From the human T2T-CHM13v2.0 reference genome, Homo sapiens, in NCBI RefSeq assembly GCF_009914755.1, contig NC_060926.1: a stretch of 64,000 nt of DNA, one strand, 5' to 3'. The notes beneath the pieces were generated by a model. It made no database searches, was not told the origin of the DNA, and saw only the letters and a program-made list of their open reading frames with translations. Positions within the stretch are counted from its first letter, which is position 1; each line of letters starts with the position of its first letter. Positions 57,541-64,000 of the stretch are shown here, one piece after another. The position numbers and the translations under genes are program-made.

Positions 57541-59309
57541 TGAATCAGAGCTAACCAGATGACTTGAAAGGAGTTTCACATGGTATCATTGAGTGAGAAA
57601 TGCAATTTACAAAAAACTATAGGATTTTATTTTTATAGACCAAGCAATAACTAAAAACATCCCTATATATTTTCAGTTATATGAACAAGAAGAAAAATAT
57701 AAAAATATGGAAAGATACATATTAGACTTTAGAGAGCCAAGTGAAGAAGGGAAGAAATAAGACCGAAGATAAAAATGTATATGATCACATATTTGCATTT
57801 ATGAAATATTATGTCTGAATATAGATGCATATAAAAATTAAAGGTATTTTCAAATAAGTTACTTGTCTATACGTCTGCCTTCTTTACCATACTCCTAGAG
57901 GTAAGAAATTGTATCTTATTTATCTTTGGATGCCTGGAGTCTATTCTAGTGCAAGCCACATAGTGAGTGTTCAAGAAATACAACAAATTACAATAAAATT
58001 CTAATTGTATCAATGAGGATGAGACGGATGAAATAGGTATCCCAAGGACACCTAGCTATATAATAGCAGAGCTGAGATACAAAGTCAGAGTTCCTAACCT
58101 TAACTATTTATCACTTCTCTCCCTTCTATGCTCTCATGTCAACAAATATTTATTAAATTCTACTTTTCGGGAGTCATACATTCCTTTCTTGAATCCTGGA
58201 TTATTTTGACACACCCCATGCTTGTTTCTGGGCAACCTCAAGCAAAATATTCACTAAAGCCAAAAGGTGTGGTACCAGCTAAAACTATTAAGATGGATTG
58301 AGATCACTGAGCATGACAAACCACCATGGGTTGTAAAAGAAAACCCATGATGTTTGGTATGTTCACTTCATCTTTTGAAACAGATTCATTATTCTATTTA
58401 GTTTATAAACACTGGCAGCTATCATCTATCAGACATTACTGGATAACACAGAGTCCCTCCCCTGGAGCAGCTTATAGTGGAATGGAGGATATGCAATAGT
58501 AAATGACAATAAAATAATCACAATAGGATGTGCCAAGAGATATAATGGAGGTGGGTGGGAGAGGCAGGAATCATAAATTAGGCCTTGGGGAGGCAGAGAG
58601 GATTATGGAAAAGATGATTCTTTGGCTGAGGTTAGTGACAGAGGGTGACTGGGAAAGAGTAAAAGAGCATCATAGCAAAGAGAAGCCGAATGCAAAGATA
58701 GGAAAGATCACATTTAAGAGCAAAGGCTTTGGAGTCTTCTAACCTGGATTCAGGCTTTCACTGTGTAACATGAAGCAAGTTTCTTTCTAAGCTTCCATTT
58801 TCTTTTTAGACAAATGAGGATAATGCCGGCAACAATCTCAGATGCATGAGAATGCATGAGAAGCACTTAGCAGGGTTCTGGAACATTGTCAACATAGAAT
58901 CGATGACACAACTATTATCTCTATTTCCAGAGCACTAGGCAATGAGCAGAGATGCTAGGAGAACATTCATACCAGACTGTGGGGGTACTTATCCACTCAC
59001 TCACTCACTTGCTCATTTATTTATTTGTAGCCACAACTTGGAAGTGATAGCACTAACTCAGTCATGGAGAAGTCACATAGTAGGATCTAAAAAACACTAA
59101 AAGGTAGACCTCCAAGGAAATGTAATCAAATTAGACTTTTCTTTTTTCTAGATACATTTCATAAGAGTCACTTAGTCAAAACGTATATGCTGTACAGAAA
59201 ATTCTACTGGACTCTCTTGAAAGTAAAAAAAAAAAAAGAAAGAAAAGTAGTAGAAGATATAGATCCTTAGTTTCAATAGCTTTATAATTTAGCACTTTGC
59301 AATAAAACA

Positions 59310-60080
59310 TGTATTCATTTAACAATGATGTTCAGCATCTGCTATGTGGCCCTGTCCTAGGCACAGAGGTGTGGCAGTGAATAAATCACAGGGAAACTGG
59401 CACCAAATAAGGCAGGCAAAAAATAAGCAAAGAAATCAATGACAAAATATCACAAAATGTTGTGATGAAACTAAAATGGGTTAACGTGACAGAGACTGAT
59501 TTGTGGGGTGTGGGTGGAAGAGCATGGCAGGGGACAATGTTTGACAAAGTGACCCAAGAAATCTGGACCTGAGTTAATAGAGAGAAGCATATGATGATGG
59601 AGAAGCTTCCATGAGGAAGCAATAGCAAGTGATTTTGCCTTTAGATGGGAATGAGGGTGATGCTTGAGAAAAAGAAAGAGCTGTGCAATTAAAGGTTCTC
59701 AACTCAGCATCATGGAATCTCCAGGAGGCCCACAGCTATGCTGAGTTAGTTGCTTTAGGGTAGGCCACAGATATCCGTGTTTTTTCAAAAGCTCCTCAAG
59801 TGATCCTAAGGTGCAGATGAGACGAGAAGCTCTGGCCAAGCATGCCGAGTGCAGGAGAAGCGGGTAGGAGATGTGTTCAGCCGGGCAGACTGTGTTCAAT
59901 CACACAGGCCTCAGGATGCCAGGGTTAGAGCTGGTGTTTTATTTTGAGTGTGATGGGAAGGCACTGTAGGTGGCATAGGTGTGGCATAAACTAATTTAGA
60001 ATTTAAAAGTAGTACTTTCGATACTGTCTGAAGCATAGATGGCAGGGGGAAGGGGACAGAGTGAAAAAAGCAAAAGCAGT
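59310..60080 (-). mobile_element. L2 LINE fragment with a nested MER5-like element (~59690-59835)
   Basis: ttcatttaacaa...gctatgtg...taggcacagagg at the left end, ttttattttgagtgtgatgggaaggcact at the right; internal ggttctcaa...aagctcctcaagtgatcctaaggtgcag. Confidence 0.6.
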
Positions 60081-60285
60081 TAAATACACGGGTAAACTCC
60101 AGTGACACAACAAATACAAATCTCCAACCGTGGCTGGCCAACTAAGGGCCACCAGGGGAATACACGCATTCGTGCACATCAAATGGCTTTTGTTGAACCT
60201 GGCTATATAGTAAGGTGAGCTGGTATTACCTTTCTGTTTCTACCTTACCTTCATATGTTAGTCTTTAACATGGACAACTGTTATT

Positions 60286-60735
60286 CAGGGGTTCTCAGCC
60301 CTGGTTGCCATTACAATCACCTATGACAGTTTAAAATATACTGAGGCTCATCAGGCACAGTGGCTCATGCCTGTAATCCTAGCACTTGGGGAAACTGAGG
60401 TGGGAGAATCGTTTGAGGACAGGAGTTTGAGACCAGCCTGGGGAACACAGTGAGACCCTATTTCTAAGAAAAAATTGAAAATTAGCAGGGCATGGTGGTG
60501 CACACCTGTAGTCTCAGCTACTCAGGAGGCTGAGGTAGGAGGATTAGTCAAGCCCAAAATGTTGAGGCTGCAGTGAGCCATGATCATACCACTGCACTCT
60601 AGCCTGGGTGACAGAATGAGACCTTGTCTCAAAAAAAGAAAAAAAGATACTGATTCTGGCTTTACCCCAGAAACCTCTGTTTACTGATCTGGGGATTGAA
60701 CCTGGACACTGGGAAGTTTTAAAAGTTTCTCAAGT
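60286..60735. mobile_element. MER5-like DNA transposon interrupted by an AluJ
   Basis: caggggttctcagccctgg...aatcacct...aaaatatactga | Alu | aaaagatactga...ccccaga...ttttaaaagtttctcaagt. Confidence 0.65.
60351..60646 (+). mobile_element. Alu (AluJ type)
   Basis: AluJ features: ttgaggacaggagtttgagaccagcctgggg, ggaggatt, gttgaggctgcagtgagccatgatc. Confidence 0.92.
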
Positions 60736-60993
60736 AAATTAAGTGAATGTATTCTATAGATAGAAATAAGAAGCACTTAATTAAACAAACAATAATCCAT
60801 TAATTGGCAACAGATGTGTCAAAGTTGGTACAAGATTCCGATTCACTTACAGTTAAGTTTAACAGAACATAGAGTCTTCATGTCCAGGAGAGTGAGCCCA
60901 GCCCAGCAAATCCAGGGTAAATATTACGATTAACAGTCACCATCCTGAGATGGTAAATGCAGTAGGGAATGGTTTGCTTGGCCTGAGTACAGC

Positions 60994-61116
60994 AGTGTTG
61001 GTGTGTGAGTGTTGGTGTGTGAGTGTTGGTGGGTGAGTGTTGGTGTGTGAGCGTTGGTGTGTGAGTGTTGGTGTGTGAGCGTTGGTGTGTGAGTGTTGGT
61101 GTGTGAGTGTTGGTGT
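60994..61116. repeat. 14-bp minisatellite, ~8.8 copies of agtgttggtgtgtg
   Basis: Directly visible; three variant units. Confidence 0.97.
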
Positions 61117-61542
61117 CTCCTCAATATTATTTATCCTAGAAAAGGAAGATCAGGGGTGGGAATCCCCAGCTTTGTATTTTGCTTGCAATACAGGGTATCT
61201 TTACAAATTTGTAATCTTCACTACATGTCTCAAAACTTCCTATACTTGAACAACTTGTCAAATCCATGAGTAACCAAAAAGCTGTAGTTAAAGTTATGGC
61301 CACCCATATCCATCCTAAACATGAAGAGGATGTATGATTAAGCTGTAACCTTTCCTGAATGTGTGAGGATGTGGAGTTGAGCTGGGTAACTGGGGAAAGC
61401 TGAGTGCTCTTGATGGAATTTTTACGATCTGTGGTGAGGCTCTCCTCCTTAGAATAGTTTGTATATGGTGGGGCCCGAAGGTTGGGAGATGGTCTGGGCC
61501 ATCTTGCGGAATCTTTTCTGGAGGATGGAAAGTTTAACTCTT

Positions 61543-61729
61543 CCTTTTCTTTTTCTTTCTTTCTTTCTTTTTTTTTTTTTTGACGGGGTCTCACTCTGTC
61601 CTCTAGACTATAATGCAGTGGCACAGTATAGGTAACTGTAGCTTCCAACTCCTGGGCTCAAGTGATCCTCCTGCTTCAGCCTTCCCTCCTAAGTAGCTGG
61701 GACTATAGGTGCATGCCACCATGCCCGAC
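61543..61729 (-). mobile_element. Alu right-arm monomer (FRAM-like or truncated AluJ)
   Basis: Single arm with a T-rich tail; 10-bp TSD tttaactctt (61533-61542 and 61730-61739). Confidence 0.85.
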
Positions 61730-62128
61730 TTTAACTCTTTTAAAAACACATATCTATGGAGGCTCTTACTATACATAAAGCTGTGACAAAGGAAATAAAG
61801 GGTTCTGTCATTAGGTGTACAAATCAGACATGTAAACTTACTTTTAAATATGTGTGTAAGTACAAATTTTTATTGACTTATGTTATTAGTATATATTAGA
61901 ACAATATAATATTAACTGTGCTTTCTAGTATTTGAAAGCACTAAAAATGAATTTCTTTTAAAACACTGAACTTGTCTTTAAGAATGAGAATGACTCTGAT
62001 TCTGAATTAATGAGTTTTAGTGCCTATTACATTACTTAGATATTAATCTTAAGTATCCATACACTTGAAATCGGTTATAACATAGCATACTCTTGGATTA
62101 TTTAAATGTTACAGTAAGAAAGCATTTA

Positions 62129-62218
<90 letters not shown>

Positions 62219-62299
62219 TCAAACAAGAAGAACAAAGAAAAATTGAACAATTCCATTTCATTGCCATCACTGTGCACTTACTTCATAGGGGGTACTGTT

Positions 62300-63440
62300 C
62301 TAGACATGTGGCTTGTGCTTTGGGAAGTCCTAATCTAGCAGAGGTGGCATATTCACCCACACAAATGACCGTGATGCAAGGTAGGTGGCGATCAATGTTA
62401 GAAAGCCAGAAAGGGAAGGATTAATCCTAAGAGGAAAGATGCCTGCGAGAGTGAGGATGAGGAAAAGAAAACTTTCTCAACAGTGGGAATAGCGTAAGCA
62501 AAATGCCAGGCATGGGAAAGGACGTGGATGTTTAGAGACTCTTTAAGGGTCATGTGTAACCTGAATATAGTTTGTGGGGGGCGCTGGTGTCAGACAGAGT
62601 GGAAGGTGAGAGGACAACAAATTAGAAAAATAGCTGGGACCTAAATATAAGATGTGGAACTAGATCTATTTTTTTGCATGTGGAAGTGATAGAATCATAT
62701 CTATCTTTTACAAAGATACTCTGGTGACACAGTGGCTGAAATGAGAGGGAAGAGCGGAGGGCTGATATCAGCCTAGATATGGGGAGTGCAGTGGTCTGGT
62801 GTACAGAATGCAGATAGGGACACAAGTTAGAGCACTCATTACCACAAGATTAAATGAGGGTTTAAGCGAGGACTGTCCAGTGGAAATGGAAACTGAGAGA
62901 TACCTGACATGCAGAGGGAGAATTGTCGCCAACTATGGGGGATGACAGGAGTCAATGATGATTCTGAGGTTTCTAGCATAAGTGACTTGGAGGAGAATTA
63001 AGTAACTTTTACCAATACTGGGAACTCACAAAAAAGAATAAGATGCTTTCAGTGTGCTAGGACAGTGGGGGAAAGATAACCAGTTTAGCTTGGGATTTTG
63101 AGTTTGAAATCCTCATGTAGGAACCAGCAGGCTACTAGAAATTAAAGTTTAAATCTGGGAGAAGGTTAGCGTTAAGTGTGTGTATACGAGAGTCAAGCCA
63201 GAGAGGAGGGCAGTAATGCTGTGGGGTTGCATGAAATTCACCAAAGGAGAGCATGCAAAGTGAAGAGGGAGGCAAATGAAGATGGAGCCCCAAGGAGCAC
63301 TTACATTTAAAAATATGGGCAGAGGAAGAGGAATCGTCAAAGGAGACTAAAAAGTAGCCAAGGCAGGGAGCATTTCAAGAAGGAGAGAAAGATCCACTTT
63401 GCCATATGCTGCAGAAAGAGTCCAACAGGTTGAGAAATGA
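62300..63440 (-). mobile_element. Degraded L2 LINE
   Basis: ggagtcaatgatgattctgaggtttctagc...gttttgagtttga...gatggagccccaaggagcacttacatttaa...catttcaagaagga. Confidence 0.7.
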
Positions 63441-63502
63441 CAGTACTCGTGATTCCAAAGGTAATGAAAAAAATCCCCAGAATTCTATGCATGAATTAAT
63501 TA

Positions 63503-63631
<129 letters not shown>

Positions 63632-64000
63632 TCAAAATTTCAAGTTGTTATTAAACATCTTCATAAGCTGAAAATTACAGAATACAGTTTAAGCTCACAA
63701 ATACCAAATAGGCATTTCTAAGTTGAGAAAACATGAATGATATTATACTAACATTCATTCATTTTTTCATCATTATTGTCAAGGTTTCAATTCACATTTA
63801 ATTTTTTATTATACATGTCAAAGAAATACTTGGGTTCCTTTCAGTCTTTCTCCCTTTGCACTTCAAGTAGAAAAAGAAAAAAAAAACTCTCTATAGAATT
63901 TTTAAAAACAAGGATTACCTCTTCTCAGTGCCATAAAAGCCCACATCTCGACTTAACTAGAATGAATGTAAGCATAAAATCTGCCCTACCCCAAAAAATT

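Noticed and set aside
60930-61124. Repetitive His/Thr-rich ORF, or a CRISPR-like array
   Set aside because: It is only the translation of the 14-bp minisatellite; the units are contiguous with no unique spacers.

Overview
Human (or very close hominid) genomic DNA from the SLC4A10-DPP4 locus on chromosome 2q24. The minus strand carries coding exons 4-26 of DPP4 (dipeptidyl peptidase 4, CD26). I read all 23 exons by hand. Each has the expected GT/AG splice sites and compatible phases, and they total 2108 nt, encoding D65 to P766 plus the stop codon, with no difference I could see from the human protein as I recall it. Exons 1-3 lie beyond the right edge. The DPP4 3' UTR ends near 8840. Bases 1 to ~1862 look like the distal 3' UTR of a convergent plus-strand gene, assigned to SLC4A10 from known synteny only. 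The rest is intronic or intergenic DNA with Alus, an ERV1-type solo LTR, MIR/L2/L1 relics, MER DNA transposons and microsatellites. I found no new protein-coding gene or novel multi-gene system; nearly all ORF-track entries are chance or repeat-derived. The features most worth checking are: (1) an exon-14 acceptor whose pyrimidine tract is followed by a complementary A16 run; (2) a CpG-rich patch with a near-consensus CTCF motif in intron 14; (3) a ~97-bp MIR fragment copied into a (TA)n tract; (4) a nearly abutting inverted Alu pair just past the DPP4 poly(A) site; (5) 49-bp direct repeats flanking exon 23. Repeat boundaries and subfamilies were judged by eye and are approximate.
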